Positions 1 through 10,904 of a stretch of DNA of 15,761 nt are shown here, piece by piece. The first letter of the stretch is position 1; every line of letters begins with the position of its first letter. The position numbers and the translations under genes were made by a program. The notes beneath the pieces are model-generated. The model was given only the letters and a program-made list of their open reading frames with translations. It was not told the DNA's origin and searched no databases. Source of the DNA: a virus (taxonomy: Duplodnaviria; Heunggongvirae; Uroviricota; Caudoviricetes); IMG/VR virus record IMGVR_UViG_2602041586_000001; one strand, given 5' to 3'.

Positions 1-127
1 AAAAAACTCTAACTCGGTGGCCAGTTTTTGTTGACCACTTCATTATGGTCAGTTCGAGCATAAGGCTGACAGTCTGATTTCAAAATTCAAAGAAGCAGGC
101 GGAATGGTCAGAGAGATTGAGGCATGA
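1..127 (+). other. 3' end of the upstream lysis gene (endolysin R-like), partial and possibly disrupted; the frame ending at TGA 125-127 encodes ...[27 protein letters not shown] but has an in-frame stop at 32-34
   Basis: The last ~28 codons in the frame terminating at 125-127 match my recollection of the lambda R C-terminus (YGQFEHKADSLIAKFKEAGGTVREIDV), and the stop overlaps the Rz ATG as ATGA, as in lambda. Upstream of about position 40 the similarity is lost and all three frames hit stops (10-12, 32-34, 75-77). Confidence 0.4.
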
Positions 128-561
128 GCAGAGTCACCGCGATTATCTCCGCTCTGGTTATCTGCATCATCGTCTGCCTGTTATGGGCTGTTAATCATTA
201 CCGTGATAACGCCATCGCCTACAAAGCCCAGCGCGACAAAGCCACATCCATCATCGCTGACATGCAGAAGCGTCAACGTGACGTAGCAGAACTCGACGCC
301 AGATATACAAAGGAGCTTGCTGATGCTAACGCGACTATCGAAAGTCTCCGTGATGATGTTTCTGCTGGGCGTAAGCGGCTGCAAGTCGCCGCCTCATGTG
401 CAAAGTCAAAGACCGGAGCCAGCAGCATGGGCGATGGAGAAAGCCCAAGACTTACAGCAGATGCTGAACTCAATTATTACCGTCTCCGAAGTGGAATCGA
501 CAGGATAACCGCGCAGGTTAACTACCTGCAGGAGTACATCAGGACGCAATGCCTTCGATGA
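124..561 (+). CDS. Rz: Rz inner-membrane spanin (i-spanin), divergent allele, 145 aa
   Basis: N-terminus [29 protein letters not shown] with a single N-terminal transmembrane helix and a coiled-coil-like periplasmic region; ATGA overlap with the upstream gene; position immediately before the embedded Rz1 frame. Middle and C-terminal parts differ from lambda Rz as I recall it. Confidence 0.9.
   Translation: MSRVTAIISALVICIIVCLLWAVNHYRDNAIAYKAQRDKATSIIADMQKRQRDVAELDARYTKELADANATIESLRDDVSAGRKRLQVAASCAKSKTGASSMGDGESPRLTADAELNYYRLRSGIDRITAQVNYLQEYIRTQCLR
317..508 (+). CDS. Rz1: Rz1 outer-membrane lipoprotein spanin (o-spanin), fully embedded in the +1 frame of Rz; true start may be an internal Met
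   Basis: ORF in the +1 frame relative to Rz; signal peptide with lipobox (..[10 protein letters not shown]) followed by a proline-rich mature region ([16 protein letters not shown]). This embedded architecture is typical of lambda Rz1. Confidence 0.75.
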   Translation: MLMLTRLSKVSVMMFLLGVSGCKSPPHVQSQRPEPAAWAMEKAQDLQQMLNSIITVSEVESTG

Positions 562-734
562 TAGCGATAATTTTACTCATCATCCTTCACATCTGGCTCT
601 GTAGACAGGGTGGTGCTCACTTCTGGAGTGAATCCAGATTAAACATCTCATTGCTGATGCTTGATATTGAGCATTTTGCGCGCGGTAAGGGGCTGCGTTG
701 AGATAAGAGCCAGTCATTACAAATACCAGGATTT

Positions 735-761
735 AGCCTCGCATTCGCGGGGCTTTTTATT
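735..761 (+). terminator. Intrinsic terminator-like hairpin downstream of Rz
   Basis: AGCCTCGC-ATTC-GCGGGGCT forms an 8 bp GC-rich stem (one G-U pair) with a 4 nt loop, followed by TTTTTATT. Confidence 0.5.
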
Positions 762-1051
762 GCCATTACAAAAGCACTTCCTACAGAGTGGCTTTGATAA
801 TGGCTTATACCCTACACGGGATAACTTAACTGATATCCCTTTTAAAGGATAAAGGTATTCAAGCCTGACACATCATGCGCTGTATCGTCGCCGTATTCCC
901 GTATTAACAGAGACCGTAGCCCGACGGGGAACTCCTTCTGCGCGAGTGTGCGGGAATAATCAAAAACGATACACACCGGGGTTACCGGGTACACATATTT
1001 CATCATGCCAGCGAGTCCGGTTCTGGCGCGGAAGAAACCGGACGTTATGAT

Positions 1052-1462
1052 TTAGTGCGGAAATATTTGTGTAGTGTTCTGAATGTTCTCAGTAAAGAGT
1101 AATGAATTATCAAAGGTATAGTAATACCTTTTGTTTTCGTGGATATTTGTAATCCATCTGAAAACCCCTGCTGTAGCAAGATTTTTCCTGTATTCGTAAA
1201 ATGATAACTCTCCTGATTTGAATCCTTTTAATGTGGCTTCTATAAGGCATTTATTTTTTGAAAATCTTACATTTACAACCTTACCCTGTCCTTTTATTAA
1301 AACCGTATTATCGTTTTCAAGAACAAGATGAATATTCTCTGTGGCTAAATAGTAAATGTAATGTGAGACATTGTGACGTTTTAGTTCAGAATAAAACCAG
1401 TGATAGTTTAAATTATTTCGCACTTTATCGAATATTTGTTTAAAAATGGCAACCTGAGCCAT
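1052..1462 (-). CDS. Hypothetical protein, AT-rich moron gene; possibly DUF1398 family (YbcV/YdfO-like right-end ORF of lambdoid prophages), function unknown
   Basis: 136-141 codon ORF in about 30% GC DNA, where random ORFs of this length are very unlikely. The second ATG (MAQVAIFKQ..., at 1460-1462) is preceded by GGAAGG at 7 nt spacing; the first ATG at 1475-1477 has no Shine-Dalgarno. Family assignment is from memory only. Confidence 0.75.
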   Translation of the reverse strand: MAQVAIFKQIFDKVRNNLNYHWFYSELKRHNVSHYIYYLATENIHLVLENDNTVLIKGQGKVVNVRFSKNKCLIEATLKGFKSGELSFYEYRKNLATAGVFRWITNIHENKRYYYTFDNSLLFTENIQNTTQIFPH

Positions 1463-1518
1463 TGTAGTACCTTCCATGTGATATGAGGGGCGTAGTCTGC
1501 ACGATTATCTAAATTGCT

Positions 1519-1752
1519 TCAATCTGGTCTGATCTGTTTTCTGAGCAATTCAGTAATGTCACTCTTTTCTTTGTTTGCTTCAGGAGAAACTCTTTTTTCT
1601 GAGCACAGTCTCCGGCGGCAGGCTTCAATGACCCAGGCTGAGAAATTCCCGGACCCTTTTTGATCAAGAGCGATGTTAATTTGTTCAATCATTTGGTTAG
1701 GAAAGCGGATGTTGCGGGTTGTTGTTCTGCGGGTTCTGTTCTTCGTTGACAT
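1519..1752 (-). CDS. Small basic protein, predicted ribbon-helix-helix DNA-binding fold (YlcI-like / DUF3950-like), 77 aa with a divergent C-terminal tail
   Basis: N-terminal Arg/Thr-rich basic stretch (MSTKNRTRRTTTRNIRF), then a pattern consistent with beta-strand, helix A (NQMIEQINIALDQ), Gly turn (KGSGN) and helix B (FSAWVIEACRRRL). Lies 41-56 bp upstream of the AT-rich ORF on the same strand. I recall the N-terminal ~50 aa as matching a lambda/DLP12 right-end small ORF. Confidence 0.65.
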   Translation of the reverse strand: MSTKNRTRRTTTRNIRFPNQMIEQINIALDQKGSGNFSAWVIEACRRRLCSEKRVSPEANKEKSDITELLRKQIRPD

Positions 1753-2002
1753 GAGGTTGTCCCGTATTCAGTGTCGCTGATTTGTATTGTCTGAAGTTGT
1801 TTTTACGTTAAGTTGATGCAGATCAATTAATATGATACCTGCGTCATAATTGATTATTTGACGTGGTTTGATGGCGTAGATGCACGTTGTGACATGCAGA
1901 TGATAATTATTATCATTTTGCGGGTCCTTTCCGGCGATCCGACAGGTTACGGGGCGGCGACCTCGCGGGTTTTCGCTATTTATGAAAAATTTCCGGTTTA
2001 AG

Positions 2003-2018
2003 GCGTTTCCGTTCTTCT
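2003..2018 (+). promoter_or_regulatory. cosB R3 element (terminase small subunit gpNu1 binding site)
   Basis: Motif CGTTTCCGTTCTTC, one of three copies of CGTTTCC-TTCT-like repeats between cosN and nu1. Confidence 0.7.
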
Positions 2019-2026
2019 TCGTCATA

Positions 2027-2053
2027 ACTTAATGTTTTTATTTAAAATACCCT
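2027..2053 (+). promoter_or_regulatory. AT-rich segment between R3 and R2, candidate IHF site I1 of cosB
   Basis: TAACTTAATGTTTTTATTTAAAATACC lies between the R3 and R2 repeats, the position of the IHF-bent segment in lambda cosB. Confidence 0.5.
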
Positions 2054-2059
2054 CTGAAA

Positions 2060-2075
2060 AGAAAGGAAACGACAG
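2060..2075 (-). promoter_or_regulatory. cosB R2 element (gpNu1 binding site, inverted orientation)
   Basis: Reverse complement reads CGTTTCCTTTCTTT, inverted relative to R3 and R1. Confidence 0.7.
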
Positions 2076-2102
2076 GTGCTGAAAGCGAGCTTTTTGGCCT
2101 CT

Positions 2103-2118
2103 GTCGTTTCCTTTCTCT
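2103..2118 (+). promoter_or_regulatory. cosB R1 element (gpNu1 binding site)
   Basis: Motif CGTTTCCTTTCTCT about 25 bp upstream of the nu1 start. Confidence 0.7.
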
Positions 2119-2140
2119 GTTTTTGTCCGTGGAATGAACA

Positions 2141-2660
2141 ATGGAAGTCAACAAAAAGCAGCTGGCTGACATTTTCGGTGCGAGTATCCGTACCATTCAG
2201 AACTGGCAGGAACAGGGAATGCCCGTTCTGCGAGGCGGTGGCAAGGGTAATGAGGTGCTTTATGACTCTGCCGCCGTCATAAAATGGTATGCCGAAAGGG
2301 ATGCTGAAATTGAGAACGAAAAGCTGCGCCGGGAGGTTGAAGAACTGCGGCAGGCCAGCGAGGCAGATCTCCAGCCAGGAACTATTGAGTACGAACGCCA
2401 TCGACTTACGCGTGCGCAGGCCGACGCACAGGAACTGAAGAATGCCAGAGACTCCGCTGAAGTGGTGGAAACCGCATTCTGTACTTTCGTGTTGTCGCGG
2501 ATCGCAGGTGAAATTGCCAGTATTCTCGACGGGCTCCCCCTGTCGGTGCAGCGGCGTTTTCCGGAACTGGAAAACCGACATGTTGATTTCCTGAAACGGG
2601 ATATCATCAAAGCCATGAACAAAGCAGCCGCGCTGGATGAACTGATACCGGGGTTGCTGA

Positions 2661-2686
<26 letters not shown>
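2141..2686 (+). CDS. nu1: Terminase small subunit gpNu1 (181 aa)
   Basis: MEVNKKQLADIFGASIRTIQNWQEQGMPVLRGGGKGNEVLYDSAAVIKWYAERD... matches lambda Nu1 as I recall it (N-terminal winged-HTH); located just downstream of cos. Confidence 0.97.
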
Positions 2687-6367
<3,681 letters not shown>

Positions 6368-6387
<20 letters not shown>

Positions 6388-7687
6388 TCTCCCGCATATT
6401 GCCAGCATGGCCTTTAATGAGCCGCTGATGCTTGAACCCGCCTATGCGCGGGTTTTCTTTTGTGCGCTTGCAGGCCAGCTTGGGATCAGCCGCCTGACGG
6501 ATGCGGTGTCCGGTGACAGCCTGACTGCCGGAGAGGCACCCGCGACGCTGGCGTTATCCGTTAATGATGACGGACCACGACAGGCCCGCAGTTATCAGGT
6601 CATGAATGGCATCGCCGTGCTGCCGGTTTCCGGCACGCTGGTCAGCCGGACGCGGGCGCTGCAGCCGTATTCGGGGATGACCGGTTACAACGGCATTATC
6701 GCCCGTCTGCAACAGGCTGCCAGTGACCCGATGGTGGACGGCATTCTGCTGGATATGGACACGCCCGGCGGAATGGTGGCAGGGGCATTTGACTGCGCTG
6801 ACATCATCGCCCGTGTGCGTGACATAAAGCCGGTATGGGCGCTGGCCAATGACATGAACTGCAGCGCAGGTCAGCTGCTTGCCAGTGCCGCCTCCCGGCG
6901 TCTGGTCACGCAGACCGCCCGGACAGGCTCCATCGGCGTCATGATGGCTCACAGTAATTACGGTGCTGCGCTGGAGAAACAGGGTGTGGAAATCACGCTG
7001 ATTTACAGCGGCAGCCATAAGGTGGATGGCAACCCCTACAGCCATCTTCCGGATGACGTCCGGGAGACACTGCAGTCCCGGATGGACGCAACCCGCCAGA
7101 TGTTTGCGCAGAAGGTGTCGGCATATACCGGCCTGTCCGTGCAGGCTGTGCTGGATACCGAGGCTGCAGTGTACAGCGGTCAGGAGGCCATTGATGCCGG
7201 ACTGGCTGATGAACTTGTTAACAGTACCGATGCGATCACCGTTATGTGTGATGCACTGGATGCACGTAAATCCCGTCTCTCAGGAGGGCGAATGACCAAA
7301 GAGACTCAATCAACAACTGTTTCAGCCACTGCTTCGCAGGCTGACGTTACTGACGTGGTGCCAGCGACGGAGGGCGAAAACGCCAGCGCGGCGCAGCCGG
7401 ACGTGAACGCGCAGATCACCGCTGCGGTTGCGGCAGAAAACAGCCGCATTATGGGGATCCTCAACTGTGAGGAGGCTCACGGACGCGAAGAACAGGCACG
7501 CGTGCTGGCCGAAACCCCCGGTATGACCGTGGAAACGGCCCGCCGCATTCTGGCCGCAGCACCACAGAGTGCACAGGCGCGCAGTGACACTGCGCTGGAT
7601 CGTCTGATGCAGGGGGCACCGGCACCGCTGGCTGCAGGTAACCCGGCATCTGATGCCGTTAACGATTTGCTGAACACACCAGTGTAA
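6368..7687 (+). CDS. C: Prohead protease / minor capsid protein gpC (GTG start, about 439 aa)
   Basis: GTG at 6368 preceded by GAGGAGGAG; protein begins (M)TAELRNLPHIASMAFNEPLMLEPAYA, as lambda C. The ORF-track start at 6233 is an in-frame upstream extension overlapping the end of B. Confidence 0.9.
7082..7687 (+). CDS. nu3: Scaffolding protein gpNu3, translated from an internal in-frame start within C
   Basis: In-frame ATG at 7082 (MDATRQMFAQKVS...) sharing frame and stop with C, the known lambda C/Nu3 nested arrangement. Confidence 0.75.
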   Translation: MDATRQMFAQKVSAYTGLSVQAVLDTEAAVYSGQEAIDAGLADELVNSTDAITVMCDALDARKSRLSGGRMTKETQSTTVSATASQADVTDVVPATEGENASAAQPDVNAQITAAVAAENSRIMGILNCEEAHGREEQARVLAETPGMTVETARRILAAAPQSAQARSDTALDRLMQGAPAPLAAGNPASDAVNDLLNTPV

Positions 7688-7696
7688 GGGATGTTT

Positions 7697-8029
7697 ATGA
7701 CGAGCAAAGAAACCTTTACCCATTACCAGCCGCTGGGCAACAGTGACCCGGCTCATACCGCAACCGCGCCCGGCGGATTGAGTGCGAAAGCGCCTGCAAT
7801 GACCCCGCTGATGCTGGACACCTCCACCCGTAAGCTGGTTGCGTGGGATGGCACCACCGACGGTGCTGCCGTTGGCATTCTTGCAGTTGCTGCTGACCAG
7901 ACCAGCACCACACTGACGTTCTACAAGTCCGGCACGTTCCGTTATGAGGATGTGCTCTGGCCGGAGGCTGCCAGCGACGAGACGAAAAAACGGACCGCGT
8001 TTGCCGGAACGGCAATCAGCATCGTTTAA
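7697..8029 (+). CDS. D: Head decoration protein gpD
   Basis: [52 protein letters not shown]... (110 aa) matches lambda D; start is the third ATG of the listed ORF. Confidence 0.95.
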   Translation: MTSKETFTHYQPLGNSDPAHTATAPGGLSAKAPAMTPLMLDTSTRKLVAWDGTTDGAAVGILAVAADQTSTTLTFYKSGTFRYEDVLWPEAASDETKKRTAFAGTAISIV

Positions 8030-8046
8030 CCTGACCCTTCATCACT

Positions 8047-8071
8047 AAAGGCCGCCTGTGCGGCTTTTTTT
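8047..8071 (+). terminator. Terminator-like hairpin between D and E
   Basis: AAAG-GCCGC-CTGT-GCGGC-TTTTTTT: GC stem extended by A-T pairs, followed by a 7-T run, 14 bp upstream of the E start. Confidence 0.45.
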
Positions 8072-8084
8072 ACGGGATTTTTTT

Positions 8085-9110
8085 ATGTCGATGTACACAA
8101 CCGCCCAGCTGCTGGCGGCAAATGAGCAGAAATTTAAGTTTGATCCGCTGTTTCTGCGTCTCTTTTTCCGTGAGAGCTATCCCTTCACTACGGAGAAAGT
8201 CTATCTCTCACAAATTCCGGGACTGGTAAACATGGCGCTGTACGTTTCGCCGATTGTTTCCGGTGAGGTTATCCGTTCCCGTGGCGGCTCCACCTCTGAA
8301 TTTACGCCGGGATATGTCAAGCCGAAGCATGAAGTGAATCCGCAGATGACCCTGCGTCGCCTGCCGGATGAAGATCCGCAGAATCTGGCGGACCCGGCTT
8401 ACCGCCGCCGTCGCATCATCATGCAGAACATGCGTGACGAAGAGCTGGCCATTGCTCAGGTCGAAGAGATGCAGGCAGTTTCTGCCGTGCTTAAGGGCAA
8501 ATACACCATGACCGGTGAAGCCTTCGATCCGGTTGAGGTGGATATGGGTCGCAGTGAAGCGAATAACATCACGCAGTCCGGCAGCACGGGGTGGAGCAAG
8601 CGCGACAAGTCCACGTATGACCCGACCGACGATATCGAAGCCTACGCGCTGAACGCCAGCGGTGTGGTGAATATCATCGTGTTCGATCCGAAAGGCTGGG
8701 CGCTGTTCCGTTCCTTCAAAGCCGTCAGGGAGAAGCTGGATACCCGTCGCGGCTCTCATTCCGAGCTGGAGACAGCGGTAAAAGACCTGGGCAAAGCGGT
8801 GTCCTATAAGGGAATGTATGGCGATGTGGCCATCGTCGTGTATTCCGGACAGTACGTGGAAAACGGCGTCAAAAAGAACTTCCTGCCGGACAACACGATG
8901 GTGCTGGGGAACACTCAGGCTCGCGGTCTGCGCACCTATGGCTGCATTCAGGATGCGGACGCACAGCGCGAAGGCATTAACGCCTCTGCCCGTTACCCGA
9001 AAAACTGGGTGACCACCGGCGATCCGGCGCGTGAGTTCACCATGATTCAGTCAGCACCGCTGATGCTGCTGGCTGATCCTGATGAGTTCGTGTCCGTTCA
9101 ACTGGCGTAA
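8085..9110 (+). CDS. E: Major capsid protein gpE (341 aa)
   Basis: MSMYTTAQLLAANEQKFKFDPLFLRLFFRESYPFTTEKVYLSQIPGLVNM... matches lambda E. Confidence 0.97.
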   Translation: MSMYTTAQLLAANEQKFKFDPLFLRLFFRESYPFTTEKVYLSQIPGLVNMALYVSPIVSGEVIRSRGGSTSEFTPGYVKPKHEVNPQMTLRRLPDEDPQNLADPAYRRRRIIMQNMRDEELAIAQVEEMQAVSAVLKGKYTMTGEAFDPVEVDMGRSEANNITQSGSTGWSKRDKSTYDPTDDIEAYALNASGVVNIIVFDPKGWALFRSFKAVREKLDTRRGSHSELETAVKDLGKAVSYKGMYGDVAIVVYSGQYVENGVKKNFLPDNTMVLGNTQARGLRTYGCIQDADAQREGINASARYPKNWVTTGDPAREFTMIQSAPLMLLADPDEFVSVQLA

Positions 9111-9112
9111 TC

Positions 9113-9134
9113 ATGGCCCTTCGGGGCCATTTTC
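9113..9134 (+). other. Perfect 7 bp hairpin with TTCG tetraloop immediately after the E stop codon, followed by a U-rich tract
   Basis: ATGGCCC-TTCG-GGGCCAT then TTTCTCTCTG; lies between E and the FI ribosome-binding site GGAGGAG. Confidence 0.45.
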
Positions 9135-9151
9135 TCTCTGTGGAGGAGTTC

Positions 9152-9550
9152 ATGACGAAAGATGAACTGATTGCCCGTCTTCAGGAGCTGGGTGAGCAAC
9201 TGAACCGCGATGTCAGTTTGACGGGAACGAAAGAAGAACTGGCGCTTCGTGTGGCAGAGCTGGAAGAAGAGCTTGATGACACGGATGAAACTGCCGGTCA
9301 GGACACCCCTCTCAGCCGGGAAAATGTGCTGACCGGGCATGAAAATGAGGTGGTATCAGCGCAGCCGGATACCGTGATTCAGGATACGGCTGAACTGGTC
9401 ACGGTCGTGGCACTGGTGACGCTGCATACTGATGCACTTCACGCCACGCGGGATAAACCTGTGGCATTTGTGCTGCCGGGAACGGCGTTTCGTGTCTCTG
9501 CCGGTGTGGCAGCCGAAATGACAGAACGTGGCCTGGCCAGAATGCAATAA
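9152..9550 (+). CDS. FI: DNA packaging / head assembly protein gpFI
   Basis: ATG at 9152 preceded by GGAGGAG; MTKDELIARLQELGEQLNRDVSLTGTKEELALRVAELEEELDDTDETAGQ... as lambda FI with a few substitutions. Confidence 0.92.
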   Translation: MTKDELIARLQELGEQLNRDVSLTGTKEELALRVAELEEELDDTDETAGQDTPLSRENVLTGHENEVVSAQPDTVIQDTAELVTVVALVTLHTDALHATRDKPVAFVLPGTAFRVSAGVAAEMTERGLARMQ

Positions 9551-9561
9551 CGGGAGGCGCT

Positions 9562-9915
9562 GTGGCTGATTTCGATAACCTGTTCGATGCTGCCATTGCC
9601 CGCGCTGATGAAACGATACGCGGGTACATGGGAACGTCAGCCACCATGACATCCGGTGAGCAGTCCGGTGCTGTGATACGTGGTGTTTTTGATGACCCTG
9701 AAAATATCAGCTATGCCGGACAGGGCATGCGCGTTGAAGGCTCCAGCCCGTCCCTGTTTGTCCGGACTGATGATGTGCGGCAGCTGCGGCGCGGCGACAC
9801 GCTGACCATCGGTGAGGAAAACTTCTGGATAGACCGGATTTCGCCGGATGATGGCGGAAGCTGTCATCTCTGGCTTGGGCGGGGCGTACCGCCTGCCGTT
9901 AACCGTCGCCGCTGA
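9562..9915 (+). CDS. FII: Head-tail connector protein gpFII (GTG start)
   Basis: (M)ADFDNLFDAAIARADETIRGYMGTSATMTSGEQSGAVIRGVFDDPENI... as lambda FII; GGGAGG upstream of the GTG. Confidence 0.92.
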   Translation: MADFDNLFDAAIARADETIRGYMGTSATMTSGEQSGAVIRGVFDDPENISYAGQGMRVEGSSPSLFVRTDDVRQLRRGDTLTIGEENFWIDRISPDDGGSCHLWLGRGVPPAVNRRR

Positions 9916-9926
9916 AAGGGGGATGA

Positions 9927-10505
9927 ATGGCCATAAAAGGTCTTGAGCAGGCCGTTGAAAACCTCAGCCGTATCAGCAGAACGGCGGTGCCCGGTGCCGC
10001 CGCAATGGCCATTAACCGCGTTGCGTCATCCGCGATATCGCAGTCGGCGTCACAGGTTGCCCGTGAGACAAAGGTACGCCGGAAACTGGTAAAGGAAAGG
10101 GCCAGGCTGAAAAGGGCCACGGTCAAAAATCCGCAGGCCAGAATCAGGGTTAACCGGGGGGATTTTCCCGTAATCAAGCTGGGTAACGCGCGGATTGTCC
10201 TGTCCCGACGCAGGCGTCGTAAAAAGGGGCAGCGTTCATCCCTGAAAGGTGGCGGCAGCGTGCTTGTGGTGGGAAACCGTCGTATTCCCGGCGCGTTTAT
10301 TCAGCAACTGAAAAATGGCCGGTGGCATGTCATGCAGCGTGTGGCCGGGAAAAACCGTTACCCCATTGATGTAGTGAAAATCCCGATGGCGGTGCCGCTG
10401 ACCACGGCGTTTAAACAAAATATTGAGCGGATACGGCGTGAACGTCTTCCGAAAGAGCTGGGCTATGCGCTGCAGCATCAACTGAGGATGGTAATAAAGC
10501 GATGA
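9927..10505 (+). CDS. Z: Tail completion protein gpZ
   Basis: MAIKGLEQAVENLSRISRTAVPGAAAMAINRVASSAISQSASQVARETKV... (192 aa), as lambda Z. Confidence 0.92.
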   Translation: MAIKGLEQAVENLSRISRTAVPGAAAMAINRVASSAISQSASQVARETKVRRKLVKERARLKRATVKNPQARIRVNRGDFPVIKLGNARIVLSRRRRRKKGQRSSLKGGGSVLVVGNRRIPGAFIQQLKNGRWHVMQRVAGKNRYPIDVVKIPMAVPLTTAFKQNIERIRRERLPKELGYALQHQLRMVIKR

Positions 10506-10897
10506 AACATACAGAACTCCGTGCAGCCGTACTGGATGCACTGGAGAAGCATGACACCGGGGCGACGTTTTTTGATGGTCGCCCCGCTGTTTTTGATGAG
10601 GCGGATTTTCCGGCAGTTGCCGTTTATCTCACCGGCGCTGAATACACGGGCGAAGAGCTGGACAGTGATACCTGGCAGGCGGAGCTGCATATTGAAGTTT
10701 TCCTGCCTGCTCAGGTGCCGGATTCAGAGCTGGATTCGTGGATGGAGTCCCGGATTTATCCGGTGATGAGCGATATCCCGGCACTGTCAGATTTGATCAC
10801 CAGTATGGTGGCCAGTGGCTATGACTACCGGCGCGACGATGATGCGGGCCTGTGGAGTTCTGCCGATCTGACGTATGTCATTACCTATGAAATGTGA
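10502..10897 (+). CDS. U: Tail terminator protein gpU
   Basis: [50 protein letters not shown]... (131 aa); ATGA overlap with the end of Z. Confidence 0.93.
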   Translation: MKHTELRAAVLDALEKHDTGATFFDGRPAVFDEADFPAVAVYLTGAEYTGEELDSDTWQAELHIEVFLPAQVPDSELDSWMESRIYPVMSDIPALSDLITSMVASGYDYRRDDDAGLWSSADLTYVITYEM

Positions 10898-10904
10898 GGA
10901 CGCT

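Larger units (their letters stand above)
1915..2135 (+). other. cos: cos site: cosQ (about 1915-1940), cosN nicking site with the 12 nt cohesive end (about 1951-1963, +/-1), and cosB (about 1964-2135)
   Basis: Sequence ..CCGACAGGTTACG/GGGCGGCGACCTCGCGGG.. matches the lambda right-end/left-end junction and the cohesive end GGGCGGCGACCT; it sits about 190 bp upstream of the nu1 ATG, as in lambda. Confidence 0.85.

Noticed and set aside
661-852. 63 aa plus-strand ORF (TTG start) downstream of Rz
   Set aside because: Non-ATG start without a Shine-Dalgarno, and it reads straight through the terminator-like hairpin at 735-761. Probably not a gene.
1768-2025. 85 aa minus-strand ORF spanning cosN and cosB
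   Set aside because: It crosses the cohesive-end site and the R3 element, and its upstream region is the start of the RHH gene. Most likely a chance ORF in a regulatory region.
2042-2581. 179 aa ORF on the minus strand antisense to nu1
   Set aside because: It lies entirely within the well-supported nu1 gene on the opposite strand. Long antisense ORFs are expected by chance in high-GC coding DNA; it has no ribosome-binding site and no recognisable protein features.
8058-8084. Upstream in-frame extension of the E ORF (ATG at 8058)
   Set aside because: It starts inside the D-E hairpin. The ATG at 8085 yields the canonical MSMYTTAQ N-terminus.
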